Positions 12,246 through 24,449 of a stretch of DNA of 64,000 bases are shown here, in pieces (position 1 is the first letter of the stretch; the number at the start of each line of letters is the position of its first letter). The DNA is from Glaucostegus cemiculus. Taxonomy: Eukaryota. A program made the translations under genes and the position numbers. The stretch spans positions 248,001 to 312,000 of the forward strand of contig CDPCPM010000017.1 of assembly GCA_976551045.1 (NCBI GenBank). The letters are read 5' to 3'. Under the pieces are notes generated by a model that did no database searches, was not told the DNA's origin, and worked only from the letters and a program-made list of their open reading frames with translations.

Positions 12246-13130
12246 CGTCTCCTCTTAGTGTGTTGGTAGAAAGTTTTTTTTTCCCTTCCCCCCCCCCTCC
12301 CTCCTCCACCCCTTCCTCTATTGAAGACTTGGTCAAACAAACAGCTCTCTCTCTCTCTCTCTCTCTCTCCACACACACACACACACACACACAAAGTTCC
12401 GAGGTGGGCTGCCTCAAGGGGTGGGTGAGGGGAGTGTGGAGGATGCTTGGCCACTTTGGTGGCGGAACACCGCCACCTCCTCACCCCACCTCCCTCCCGT
12501 CCCCTCCCCTCCCTCACACCGCCTCTCTAACCCCTGGGCGTGCAGCCGGCCCGCCGCTCGCTCCTGGCACCAAAGCTCCCGAACGACATGACACCGGGAG
12601 GCGACTGACAAGCCGGGTCTCCTTGGCGCTGGCCGATCTAGGCCGTGCTGAGCATTGCGAGCGGCTCCCCTCTCCTCCCCTCTCCTCTCCCCCTTCACTC
12701 CTTGCCCCATGCGGAATACACGAGGAGAGGCGCCGATCCCTTCATCCTCTCCCGTTGGACCACTGCCTCCCTAGCTCCCCTTCCTCTCTCTCTTTATTAT
12801 CTCTTCCACTCTCTCACTCTTCCACTCTCTCTCTTTCTCTCTCTCACTCCTTCCACACTCTCCCTCTCTCTCCTGCTCCGGAAAGACCAGCGATGCCAAA
12901 CGAGGTAACACCGAGCAGGGCTTTCAGGCTCCAGCTCAGGAGAGCGTTAACATGCTGGCGTTCATTTCGTACAGGGCGACGCAGTCGGCAGCGGAGGGCA
13001 GATTGAGCCGGGTCCCCCAGCTTCAGAGCGCCAGCGGCCGCGCCAGCCTCTTCGCTGCTGACCACCTGTATAAACTCCACAGTCCTCCCACCCCCAGTAC
13101 TGCCACCCCACAGTACGGTCTGTCACCGAG
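11480..13130. promoter_or_regulatory. CpG island covering PDE3A exon 1, 5' UTR and probable promoter
   Basis: Abrupt rise in GC and CpG density against a CpG-depleted background, with long polypyrimidine/polypurine tracts upstream of the ATG. The TSS cannot be placed from sequence. Confidence 0.8.
12345..12393. repeat. Compound microsatellite (CT)12-C-(CA)12
   Basis: Read directly; 100-150 nt upstream of the PDE3A ATG. Confidence 0.95.
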
Positions 13131-13369
13131 AGGAAGAGATGCTGTTTCTCATTATTGATCAGGATGGTGTCGTGTGTGCGGTCAGCTGTTTGTCTGAAAA
13201 CTTCTTGTGTTAACAGGGCCCTTTTCGCTCAGGTGTTGAGGGCAGATGTCCCAGTCTTCGGACATTTGGTCCTTCTAAAAGGACCATGTTTTGTTGTCGC
13301 AAGTATCAGCAGCAAGTCCAAAGTGTTGCTGTCCGAAAAGCAAACCAAGTGCAACAATTTTTATTTTAA

Positions 13370-16300
13370 GAAGTGCGACTGCTGATACAAGGCAGGAAAC
13401 AAGCAGCAGGGCGGGCAGCATCTGTGGGGAGAGAAACAATGAGCCGACGATTGCGAAAATGAAGAGGAGGGTGCGAGGTGGGGGACTGGTGGGTGGGAGA
13501 GAGATGGAGTCTGGGGAAAGCAGATGGGAAGGACATTTGCAGGCGTATTAGAACGCAAAAGTTGTTGGAAGTTTTTGACCATTGATGAAAAATATTTTCT
13601 TGCAGCGCTGAACGCCGAGAGGGATGTTGAAATGATGCAACAGGACAACTTTGAGATGGCCGAAGTCACTGCTGTTGCAGGGAGAGGTCAAGCAGTGCAT
13701 GTGCCAATGCATGGACCAGTTGTGCCTTGCATCTGCATTTCACCAGTTTGCCCCACAAATGGCAGACATAACGTCTGTGTGTTTGCATAACGGCTACAAG
13801 CTAAATCCACAGCAGATGTCCAGGCTTCACCAAAATTAAAAGCAGAAGATGATGGAAATCTGAAACATAAATCAGAAAATACTGGAAATGCTCATCAGTT
13901 CAACAGCATCTGTGGAGAGAAAAGACATTGGATTTAATGTTACAGGCTGGTGACCTTTCATCAAAACTGGCCAATTCTGACAAAAACTGGAAAGGCTGGT
14001 TAACTGAAATTGTTGGATTTGATATTGAGTCCTCAGGACTGTAACATGCCTAATGGGAAGATGAGATGCTGTTCCTCAATCTTGTGGTGTGTTTCATTGG
14101 AACTGTTGGGGAACAGAGTTCGGAATGGGAGAAAGATTTAAAGTTGATTGGCACCTGGATGCTTAGGGTTGCCGTTGCGATTGAACGAAGGTGTTCTGCA
14201 AAGCAGTCGTCCAATCTGCGTTTGGTTTCTGCAATGAAGATGAGACCACATTGCGAACACCAAATACAGTATACTAGATTGTGAGTACAAGTGAAGTCAC
14301 CCGATGGTTGGTTCTGCGGATGGTGGAAAGGGACGAGGTAAATGAGAAGAGGTAGAGGTGAAGGTATTGCAGTTCAGAGTCAAGATATGGCAGAGAAACA
14401 GGCCCTCCAGCCTAATGAATCCACACCAATGATCAGCCACTCATTTGCACAAATACTATATTAATTGCATTTTTTTTAATGCTCCCCACATTATCATCAA
14501 CTTCCTTCAGATGCCACCACTCACCTACACACTGGGGGCAACTTGCAAAGGCCAATTCCCCTACTGACCTAGACGTCTTTGGGATGTGGGAGGAAACTGT
14601 CGCACCCAGAGGGAGAGTGTGAAAACTCCACACATTATAGTACTGGAGGTCAGTATTGAACCTAGGTCTCTGGTGCTGTGTGGTAACAGCTCTGCCAGCT
14701 GTGCCACTGTGCCATCGGTTGTATGGGAAGGTGTGTGAGAAGGGACTTGGGTGCTGGTGGAGACGAGGAAGTGAACCCGGGTGCTTTAGAGGGAATGGTT
14801 CCCTTGGAGCGATGAAAGGGGAGGGAAGAGGAAGATTTGGCTGTTGGTGACACCCCATTGAAGGTCGTGGAAATTTCAGAGGTGGGAGGTGAGTTCAAGG
14901 GGAATCCTAGCTCAGAGAGTGGGAAGAGAGGGTTTGAGAGTGGAAGCGGGGGGATGAAATGGATGTAATTGAGAACCATTATGGAGAGAAATGATGGTTA
15001 AGGAAAAATGAAGGCATCTCAGAAGCACTAGTGACATTATCATCAAAACAGACACGATGGAGGTGGAGAAATGAGGAAGAGTGGAGTTAAAGGAGATGAT
15101 GTACAATAGAATGGAGTCGTCACTGAAAGCAGGATAGGAGGTGGTGTAGTCAAGATAGCTATGGGAGTCTGAGAGCTTATAATGCACATTGTCCACTGGC
15201 CTCTCCCCTAAGATGGGGATGGAGAAATTGAGAAAGAGTCTGAAATGGTCCATGTGAAATTGAGAGCAGGGTGGAAATTGACGGCAAAGGTGATGAAAAC
15301 TGAGTTCTGTACAAGTGCAGGAAGCAGCAATAATTCTCAATATACCAGAAAAAGAGATGAGGAATGGGGCGGGAAACAAGGACTATTCCACGTACTCACT
15401 ATGAGACAGGCATAGCTTGGACCCATTCAGGTTCCCACGGCTGTATCTTTGCTTCTGAGGAATCGAGTGGAGTTAAAAGAGAAGTTGTTCAATGTGTGAA
15501 CAAGTTAAGCCAGCTTAAGGAGGGTGATGGTGGTGAACAGGGAATGATGGAACCTTGAGATCATTCTTGTGAGGGATAGAGATGTTGAAGAATTGGATGT
15601 CCGTGGTGAAACTAAGAAGGAAACTTCTTAGTTTCTAAGAAGGAACTTAGTTCCTAAGAAGGAACCAAGATGGAAAAAGATGAGTTCAATGGGACAAAAA
15701 CAGCCCTGCCTGTGGATCTTCAGGAGGAGGTAGAAGCAGGTTGTGTAGGACTGAGGGATCTGGAGGCTGGAGGCATGATCTCCAGAGGAACCCAAGACCC
15801 AATGTTCAGAAGTGAGATCATGGTCCAGAGGGAGGTATGAGGTGGTGTCAGAGAGCTGGCACTCAGCCCATTAAGGTAGAGGTCAACTCACCAAACCACA
15901 ACACCACCGCCCTTATCAGCAGGTTTGTTAATACCATTGGGATTGGTCCCTTGTGAGTGGAATGCTGCAAATTCAGAGGTGGGTGAGAGTGAGAGTGAGC
16001 AAAGGCAGTGGATGAACTGATACTGTAAGTATCGCAACAGCAATGACAAATAAATGGATCCACAAAGGCCAAAGGAGGGTCCAGATGGAGTATAAATCTA
16101 AAGAATGGGGATAGGATCCGCAGTTTGGTGTGAAGATGGTCAGAGAGGTGGTCACGGGGTGAAGGCAGAAGAAGAGCTCAACATTAGTGAGCCCCCAATT
16201 TAATGAGATGAACACAGGGATGAGGATGAGGACTGTGTCATTTGTTTGGGATCAGAGCAGAGAAAATCAGAGGGACAGTGAAAACAAGACAAACAAATGA
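13370..16300 (-). mobile_element. Degraded Penelope-like element (RT plus GIY-YIG endonuclease) with tandem terminal repeats
   Basis: Minus-strand NLVYCIWCSQCGLIFIAETKRRLDDCFAEHLRS (GIY-YIG, ~14170-14290) and VHYKLSDSHSYLDYTTSYP (RT thumb, ORF 14912-15379); terminal-repeat copies near 13380-13440 and 13845-13975. Confidence 0.85.
14377..14714 (-). mobile_element. HE1-type V-SINE nested in the Penelope element
   Basis: Head ggcacagtggcacagctggcagagctg, V-domain remnant, CR1-like tail (gagaaacaggccctccagcc on the plus strand). Confidence 0.8.
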
Positions 16301-16700
16301 ACCTGGGGGAGAGGTGAGTTCAGAGAAGAAAGTTCCAGGGGACATTTAGAATTCAAGAATTGTTGCAATTTGCAGTCTTTGATGTCTGAAAGGAAGCTGT
16401 GGTTCGGACAGATTTGTGAGTCAATGATTCCTTTTCTGCCATGTGAATCTCTGATTCTACAACTGTAGCTTTATATGTATACTCCAATGGGCCTGCATTT
16501 GCTTGTGAGCAATTTTAATAAACATTACTAACAATGTACAAAAGAAACTAACCATTACAACCTTCAGAATGGGGGATTTCTTTTTCCAATTGTATTAAGT
16601 GCATCTAATTTTGTAGACAGATGCCATGAGGGCACACGAGTCATGACATGGCATGAAGCGTAGTCAGCACCTCTTCTCCACAACTTGAAACGCGCATTCA

Positions 16701-16738
16701 GGTTCTGATGAGGGTTCATCATCCTGAAACATTAACTG
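16701..16738 (+). ncRNA. Minimal hammerhead motif in a solo Penelope terminal repeat (16700-16775)
   Basis: GGTT-CTGATGA-gggttcatcatcct-GAAA-CA-TT-AACTG, followed by the family signature ttccacagatgctgcctgacctgctgag. Confidence 0.55.
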
Positions 16739-17641
16739 TGTTTCTTTTTCCACAGATGCTGCCTGACCTGCTGAGAGGCATAGGGTTAGTAATTATAAGG
16801 CAAAGAGTGAATGACAAGCAGAGAAAATGAATCAAAATTAAGACTCTGTTTGGTTTGCTTTGTGGATTGTTTTATGAGATTTTAAAAATAGATTGTAGTT
16901 TACATTTTAGTGTAGTTTTCTTTACTGTCCCTGTTAATCCAGACTTTCTTGCCCTCTTTTTATTTCCCTTTCTGTACCTGATTTGCCATCAAGTCAACAA
17001 CCTTCAATGCACTTCCCTTCTCAGTTCCTTCCCTTTTTATTTCCTGGTCTTTATGTCTGACTGTTTCTGTACATTTCCTGTTGATCACCCCAGATGCCCT
17101 GGTTCTCCCTCCGTGCCATAATCAGCAACTTAGTGGGAATTATTTTCCAACTGAAGCAGATGTGGTTCGAAACCCAGCTCTAACTAAATCTGGCCCAATC
17201 TCTCATTGCTAAGGTGTTGAATGGATCCAGCAGTCATTTTTTTGGACTGAAAATAGCTTCTGGGTTTGATTGTGGCCTCTTAAATTGGCAGCTCCCAAAG
17301 GAGGACCTTTTGAAATTGATTTTTTTTCTTTCAATGTTCAAGGCTAGTTAAAACAGCGAGACTTGAGGTTACTCAGGTAGTTGGCAAAATAACAGAAGAA
17401 ATTAGATTTTGTTAATGTAGCAAGTTGTTATAATTCAGAATACCCTGCTTGAAAGGGTGGTAGAAGCAGGTTCAGTAGGATTTTTTTAAAAAGGTAATTG
17501 AATATCAACTTGAAAAGAAAATCAATTGCAGGGAACGGGACAGCTCTTTCCAAAACCCAGTACACAGATAATAGACCAAATGCCTTCCTTTTCTGCCCTG
17601 TGAATCTATAATTCTACAACTGTAATCTTATGCATACACTC

Positions 17642-17797
17642 TAACCCACAAACCCTAACCCATGAACACTACTTCGTTATTCCCTTTTCTTTGCACTATT
17701 TTGTAATTGTTAGTAATCTTATGTCTTTGCTCTGTACTGCTGCTGTAAAACAAATTTCACTACATGTAAGTCAGTGATAATAAACCTGATTCTGATT
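17642..17797 (+). mobile_element. Rex1/Babar 3' UTR fragment
   Basis: Ends in gataataaacctgattctgattc, the same tail as the Rex1 copy at 40009; flanked by CACTC at 17637-17641 and 17798-17802. Confidence 0.7.
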
Positions 17798-19048
17798 CAC
17801 TCCTGGATTTCCTTGTGAGCGATTTTTTTTTAAGTTTTATCTAAAACGTGCAAAAGAATCTAACCATTCCCACCTTCAGAATGGGGGTATTTTCTGTTCT
17901 AGTTGTATTAAAGGCATCTGGTCCTGTGTCGTTAGAATCACCACATTCAGGACTCCGACACATAGCGACTGAGAAATTTGCTACCTGACACTCTTCAGTT
18001 AGCCCCGACTCTCATCTATAACAGTGTTTGATGCTTCATGTATGGAGCATGTTAATACAAACTTCAACCAGGCCCCTCAAATTCAGCCTGAAGGCTTGCT
18101 CAGCAAAAGAGCAGTTGATTGCAAACCTGTATTAAAAGAAATTTTAAAAAGGGCAGATATTTGAAAATATGTACTATTAAATGGAAGGAATCTTAAGGAC
18201 AGATAAAAGAGCTCAGAGTAACTGATTGTGCTGAAGCTCCTTGCAAAGGAATATGACTCAAGAAGCCAGAATCTACAAAATACCTCCCTTTAAGCCAAAG
18301 TTCATACCACTCACTGTGCGCATCTGCATCTCACTGAAGCCACACAAATTAGAAGGCTCTTTGACGTCATTGTTGCTGTACTGCTGAGAACTAGAGAGGA
18401 ATTTTCCACAGATTTCCTGTGCTGGCCAGTTCCCTTTCTCCAACATCCCCAGAGCTATTTAGGATTATTCTAGTTTGCGTTGCTGGGAGGGGGAGTGGAG
18501 ACCCAGTGTTTCGGGTCGGCAGATGGGGAGAGGGGCTGCAAATGGCACAAAACTGCGCCATCTAATGGATAAACTGAGAATTCAGTCCTGGTGATCGTTT
18601 CCTACCTTTTGCATCTCCGTCACAAGTGGTATGTTCACTCAAGGTATATGAGTCCATTGCCCCGTTTACGCCACCTTTGGAAGCCCATGTGTCTTACAGG
18701 TGTTTGGCCAATACCCCGTTTTCTTACAGCTGGAGTAAAAGGCTCCACTCTCTGGACACAAAATGATTATTATGCAGATTTTTTCAAAAATATGATATAC
18801 TGCACATAACATTTCTTTAAAAAGTACCATGTGTCTTTGGGCAAGTAATGGTGTCCAGATCAAGTTGAGCAAATGTACAAAACCATTTAACAATCTTCCA
18901 AAATGTTTTCCCACCTCCTGGTTCATACGGCTTTTTTTTAAGCTCTTCTTAGAAAACAAGGACACAGTAGGGCTGCTGCCTCACAACTCCAGCGACCTGA
19001 GTTTGATCCTAACTTCAGTTTCCCTTTCAGGTACTTTGGACCCTGAAA

Positions 19049-19346
19049 TAAGATAAGAATTCTTTATTAGTCACATGTACATTGAAACACACAGTGAAAT
19101 TCATCTTTTGTGTAGAGTGTTCTGGGGGCAGCCCACAAGTGTCGCCGCACTTCCAGCGCCAACACAGCACGCCCACAACTGCCTAACCTACACGTCTTTG
19201 AAATGTGGGAGGAAACCGGAGCACCCGGAGGAAACCCAGGCAGACACAGGGAGAACGTACAAGCTCCGCACAGACAGCGGCCAGAATTGAACCCGGGTTG
19301 CTGGTGCTGTGATAATGTTATGCTAACCGCTACACTACCATGCCTG
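19049..19346 (-). mobile_element. V-SINE, young family, full length
   Basis: Same consensus as 5393-5680, with (taaga)n tail. Confidence 0.9.
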
Positions 19347-19685
19347 CCCTCACAGCATTATCAATCAGCGTGCTTAATTCATTCATTCAAAGTCCTTCTC
19401 CTTGCCATTTCAGCACAAGAACTAACTTGCTTAAAGTAATTGTAATACCTTCACTGTAATGGCAGATGGAGGACTTCAGATTAATATGTCAAAACACCCA
19501 CAAACCGGTGTGTCACAATGTAATTTGATGACAAATGCAAAATAATTTAAACGTTGCAAATTTGAAAGGAATGCAGAAAATTCAGAAAAACACTCAGCAG
19601 GTCAGACGGCACCTGTGGAGAAAGGAAGCAGTTAACATTCCAAGCCAATAAAATATTTTTTGCAATCTGATTTCATGGTGCCTTA

Positions 19686-19996
19686 GAGCACAGTGCCATG
19701 TAGCACAGAAATAGGCCCTTCAGCCCACCGAGTCCATGCCAACCATCAAGCACCTATTCACACAAATCCTACAATAATCAGTTTTATTCTCCCCACCTTC
19801 ACATAGCTGCCCCAGATTCTACCACTCACCGATACACTCAGGGAAATGCACGGCATCCATCTGGCCTCCCAACTTACACGCCTTCAGAATGTTGGAGGAA
19901 GCCCATGTACTCACAAACAGAACATGTGAGGTCAGGATCGAACTCAGGTCGCTGGAGTTGTGAGGCAGCAGCTCTACTAGCTGCGCCACTGTGTCC
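19686..19996 (-). mobile_element. HE1-type V-SINE
   Basis: Head ggacacagtggcgcagctagtagagctgctgcctcacaactccagcgacctgagttcgatcc; CR1-like tail. Confidence 0.85.
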
Positions 19997-21261
19997 TTGT
20001 TTTCTAAGAAGAGCTTAAAAATAGAGGCACTAAAATGGAATTAATTACATTACTTATTTAGATTTGACTTAGGGATTGTTTTTATGTTTATGGATGCACA
20101 TTATCACTGAGAGTCAGGTACTGGAAGTGGAACTTTGGCTCCTTGCTTTAACCTTTAATAATTCAGAAAAAGATAAAACGGGGCAGATGAAATTAAAAGG
20201 CACTCCACTCTGTGTCACCACCAATCATGCTTGACTTAATTCACACACCCTCTGCTGGGCTAATGTGAAATTTCCTCTCAGAGAAGAGAACGTTTTTGGC
20301 CTTTTGGACATGTGCCACTGACCTAATGCCAACTAGTGCCAAATTGAATGTAGTTTTATTGTCTTAAGGCACCCCTGGTTCAGTTCACTGCATACATCTC
20401 TTCAGTTAAAGATCCCAATGCACAGTCCCACTTCCGAAACAAATGGACATCCTCAAAACCAGAGACAAGTAAAACATGGATCCAAACTATAACCTCTCAG
20501 AGACAGCCCGTCATCTTGTCGTTATTTTTGTCCAATGGAAATTGACAGCCACACTTTTGGGATCAAAATAACTCAGAAAATGTGGGTAAATTTGACACCT
20601 ATACTGATCCAAGGTTTGACTAAAGCACTTCACAGATAACTAAGTACTTTTGAAATGGATTTACAATTACATTGTGGGAAATACAGAAACCAGTTTGAGG
20701 ACAGCTAAATTCCAGGCACAGCAGCATGACAATGGCCAGAAAGTCAGCTTTAAGATGTTGCTTGTTATTTCTCCACCAAACATGTTGCCATTCAGAGTAT
20801 AGACAATCCTGTTTCCCACGGCATGACAGAAATCAGGGGGTCTCAGTGGCAATTTAATAGTGTCTGGGATCATATATACTGTATCTGTTGGACCCTTTCC
20901 ATCACAAACACAGGGGAATTTAGTCCAATGGAGAATGATTAGCAGAGTTACAGAGTTGTTTCACCTAGTACAAAACTAGGAATAGAGCCAGTGTCAGACA
21001 ACATTATTCAATCATTCACATATTTTGGTTCTATCTTCATCCTGTCAAGGTTGGGCATCATTTAGACTAGTAGTCAATGTGGTGTCAGGGCAACAGAGTC
21101 AACAGACAACTGAGAAGGGAATAATGTGGCACTATTGTTGCCTTTATCTTGTTTCAGAGGCTTTCATCAGGATCCCCATCGGCCACAGGCATTACTATCC
21201 ACGTAAGCTTTATAGCGCAGGAACTGGCTGTTCAGCCGAACTGTTCTGTGTTTGTGGATCA

Positions 21262-21445
21262 ATGCAGAAGATGCTGGAGGAACTCAGTGGGTCAGGCAGC
21301 ATCCATGAAGGGAAATGGCCTGTTGATGTTTTGTGTCAGGACCCTTTATTAGGACACTTCCACAGATGCTGCCTGACCTGCTGAATTCCTTCAGCATCTT
21401 GAGTGTTGCTCCAGATTCCAATATCTGCACTCTCTTCTATCTCCT
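21262..21445. mobile_element. Fold-back unit made of inverted Penelope terminal repeats
   Basis: aagatgctggaggaactcagtgggtcaggcagcatc pairs with gatgctgcctgacctgctgaattccttcagcatctt. Confidence 0.8.
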
Positions 21446-22134
21446 CTATACTATGGTGATTATGTTCCACAGTAGCCTCTTCCAAACACACTTCAGCTAA
21501 TGTTATCAAGTTACCTTTCTATTCCTCTATCTACCCATCTTTTCCCCAGGAGTGGGCGAGAAGTGGTTGTGAAGGACCATGTCTATGCAAGGATCTGCTC
21601 CACATTGCCCACTAATGCAAATTATGCACCTTAAAGCATAGTTGTGTCTCCGTCAAGGATGGACTGTGTTCAGTTCTCCAATTTTTAACTGTACTCCCAT
21701 TACTCACAGAGGCTGAAGCCGAGATGCCAATAGCACCACATGTCAGAATTATCCTGCTTAACTAACTTGCTTGGGTAATACTCATGCAGCCTGCTGGCTC
21801 TGCTTATGCAAATACTGTCAAGTTAAATAAATTTCTTCAACTGAAAAACTTTCCAATCTTCTAAATCAACAAAGTTACCACCCTCCTTCTGGGTGGTAGG
21901 CGGAAAATTAATAAGATTGGGGGAGGGAGGGAGTTACTTAAAACAAATACTTTCTGCCAGTAATGCAATCATAAATAATTCTGCTTCAAGCTATTGTTAA
22001 TATGCAGCTCTTGAAAAACATTTTGAAATATTTGAACCTTGAAAACAAATTTTGATTCCAAGAAAACCAATTGTATAGATAGTTCCATCCAGATCCCTGC
22101 AATTTCAAATGAAAAATTGATATAGTATTAAGAC

Positions 22135-22480
22135 CACTATAAAATAAGAGCTGGAGTAAGCCACACTGACCCCTCTACCCTGCATTCAATAAGATCGTGG
22201 CTGATCTGGTTCAAGTTTCATCTCTTCTTCTAGCACTTTCCCGCAGTCCTCAATCCCCTGTTCTTTCAGAAATTTATCTACTTCCTTTTTAAATACCCCC
22301 TATGATCTAGTCTCCACAACGCTCTAGGATAGAGAACTCCAGAGATTCATAACCCTCTACGAGAAGTCGTTCCCAAGCATCTTAAGTTTAAATGACTGCC
22401 CCCTGATCTTGTGTCCCTGTCCCCTCATTCAAGATTCCCCCACTGGCGGAAACATCTACCATGTCATACCCCCTTAAGAT
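22135..22480 (-). mobile_element. CR1 LINE 3' end fragment
   Basis: Reverse CR1 3' UTR (cattcaataagatcgtggctgatctgg) and degraded RT C-terminus. Confidence 0.75.
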
Positions 22481-22484
22481 CTTT

Positions 22485-22765
22485 GTGTAGCGGTTAGCAT
22501 AACATTATTACAGCGCCAGCGACCCGGGTTCAATTCCCACCACTGTAAGGAGTTTGTACGTTCTCCCCGTTGTCTGCATGGGTTTCCTCCAGGTGCTCCG
22601 GTTTCCTCCCACATTCCAAAGACGTACAGGTTAAGAAGTTGTGGGCATGCTATGTTGGCGCTGGAAGTGTGGTGACACTTGCAGGCTGCCCTCAGAACAC
22701 TCTACGCAAAAGGTGCATTTCACTGTGTGTTTTGATGTACATGTGACTAATAAAGAAATCTTATC
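22485..22765 (+). mobile_element. V-SINE, young family
   Basis: gtgtagcggttagc...cgggttcaattccc (B-box), V-domain, tail catgtgactaataaagaaatcttatc. Confidence 0.9.
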
Positions 22766-23184
22766 CTATATGTTTCATTCTTCACAACATCTCAAGAATA
22801 TAGATCTAATTTCTATAGATGCTAATGATAGGACAACCCTCTTACCATAGGAATGAGTCTAGAGTATCCCTGTTGTTGGATTGCATGTCCCGGATACTTG
22901 TCCTAATCAGGACCTGTGGAAGTTATTTTTGTAAGTTTTATTTTTGCTCACCTTTTCTTCTTTTGCAGGCAGTTTTGTCCCACTAACAAATTTCTTGGCT
23001 GATAAGATAGAGAATTAAAGCCTTTCAACATTTCCAATAAATGTTCTTTGGGTGAAAGGCCAAATGCAAAGTTTTTATCTTGAGTTGCTGATGAGAGTGA
23101 GCATTTGATAGTGTGATCGTATTCTCACCTCTTGAGTTGGACAGCACTGTGTTTGAACCCTACTCCAGAAAATTCTAATAAACC

Positions 23185-23425
23185 AAAAATGAGCTGCTGG
23201 AGGAAATCAGCAGGTCAGGCAGCATCTGTGGAGGGAAATGGGCTGTTGATGTTTCGGATCGAGACCCTTTACCTGGACAGACTGCACATCTTGCAGTCCA
23301 GTGAAGGGTCTCAACCAGAAATGTCAACTGGCCATTTCCCTCCACAGATGCCGTTGGTCCCAATGAGTTCCTCCAACAGCTTATGTTTTGCTCCAGATTC
23401 CAGCACATGTAGTCTTATGAGTCTC
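23185..23425. mobile_element. Fold-back Penelope-derived unit with one degenerate hammerhead motif on each strand
   Basis: Arms gctgctggaggaaatcagcaggtcaggcagcatctgtggagggaaatgg / ccatttccctccacagatgcc...gagttcctccaacagc; motifs at ~23243-23280 (-) and ~23294-23330 (+). Confidence 0.8.
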
Positions 23426-24449
23426 CAATCCCAATAAGCAGGCACTGGAATCTTGGTTTTGAATTTTGGTTGATATGGAGTGAGTTACTTCTGTCTGGTG
23501 ATCTTCCTCCCTGTAGGAGTGACAGAAACCCATAACTCACTTGCATTGTCTAAGGCCAAAAGTGTGAGTTCTATTAGATCTAAAGGTGTATAGCCACGGT
23601 GGGGATGTTCACATTGTGGCTCATCATCCTGTTTGGGGTTCCTATTCTTTATTCCACTAATTTGCTGCATTCTCGGAGGAAAGAATAAGAAGAAACAAAA
23701 ACAACAACTAAAAAAAACAATAAATGGATGCAAAAGAATTGAGGGGATCAATTAGAAGAGTATTTGCTTGTTTTTTAATTTGGAATATACATTTCTCCTC
23801 TGATTTCCTAGCTCAAAGAAAACAAGTGCTGTTATTAATTTGCTGTTGGAATTGAGGTGTTGTGAACAAGGCCAGTATTTATTACTCATTCCTTGCTTTC
23901 CTTGAGGAGGAGGTAGTGAGCCAACTTCATGAGGGTTCTTAATTGGGATTAGTGTAGGAAAGTGGTATTGAGGTAAAAGATCAGCAATGATATTAAAATG
24001 CAGTGGAGGCACAAGGGGCCAATTGCCCTACACCTGTTTCTTCTTCATATACCCTTACATTAACTTATTGAACTACCCTACCTGATAGAAATACTCACCA
24101 AGTAACATTAGCGCGTTCCAGGATTTTGACAATGAAGGAACAATATTGTTCCAAACCTGGACTTGGAGTTGATGGTATTCTGATGTATTTGCAGCCCAAA
24201 TTCATCTGGCTGTTGGTAACTTCAGGTCGAGGGTTATCAAAGGTATCTTGGCAAGTTGCAGTGCATCTTGTACAGAGTAAATATTGAAGCCCTGCAGAGA
24301 TGTGGTGAAGGGAGAGAGTGTTTCAAGTGGTGGATGGGCTGCATAGTCAGTCACAGTTCCTGTTACTGCATTTGCTTTGTGGTTCTACCTGTACTCAAAT
24401 CATTTTGCTCTTCTTCTTGTGAGTTTAGCCACCAAATGTTAAAAAGTTG

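Noticed and set aside
11493-13006. Long ORFs 11493-12239 (+), 12032-13006 (+) and 11518-12111 (-)
   Set aside because: Shadow frames of a GC-rich exon, CpG island and microsatellite; low-complexity products with no recognisable domain.
22485-22545. tRNA-like sequences with A and B boxes (also near 46539, 5620-5680 and 19280-19346)
   Set aside because: These are SINE heads continuing into the V-domain; no complete cloverleaf.
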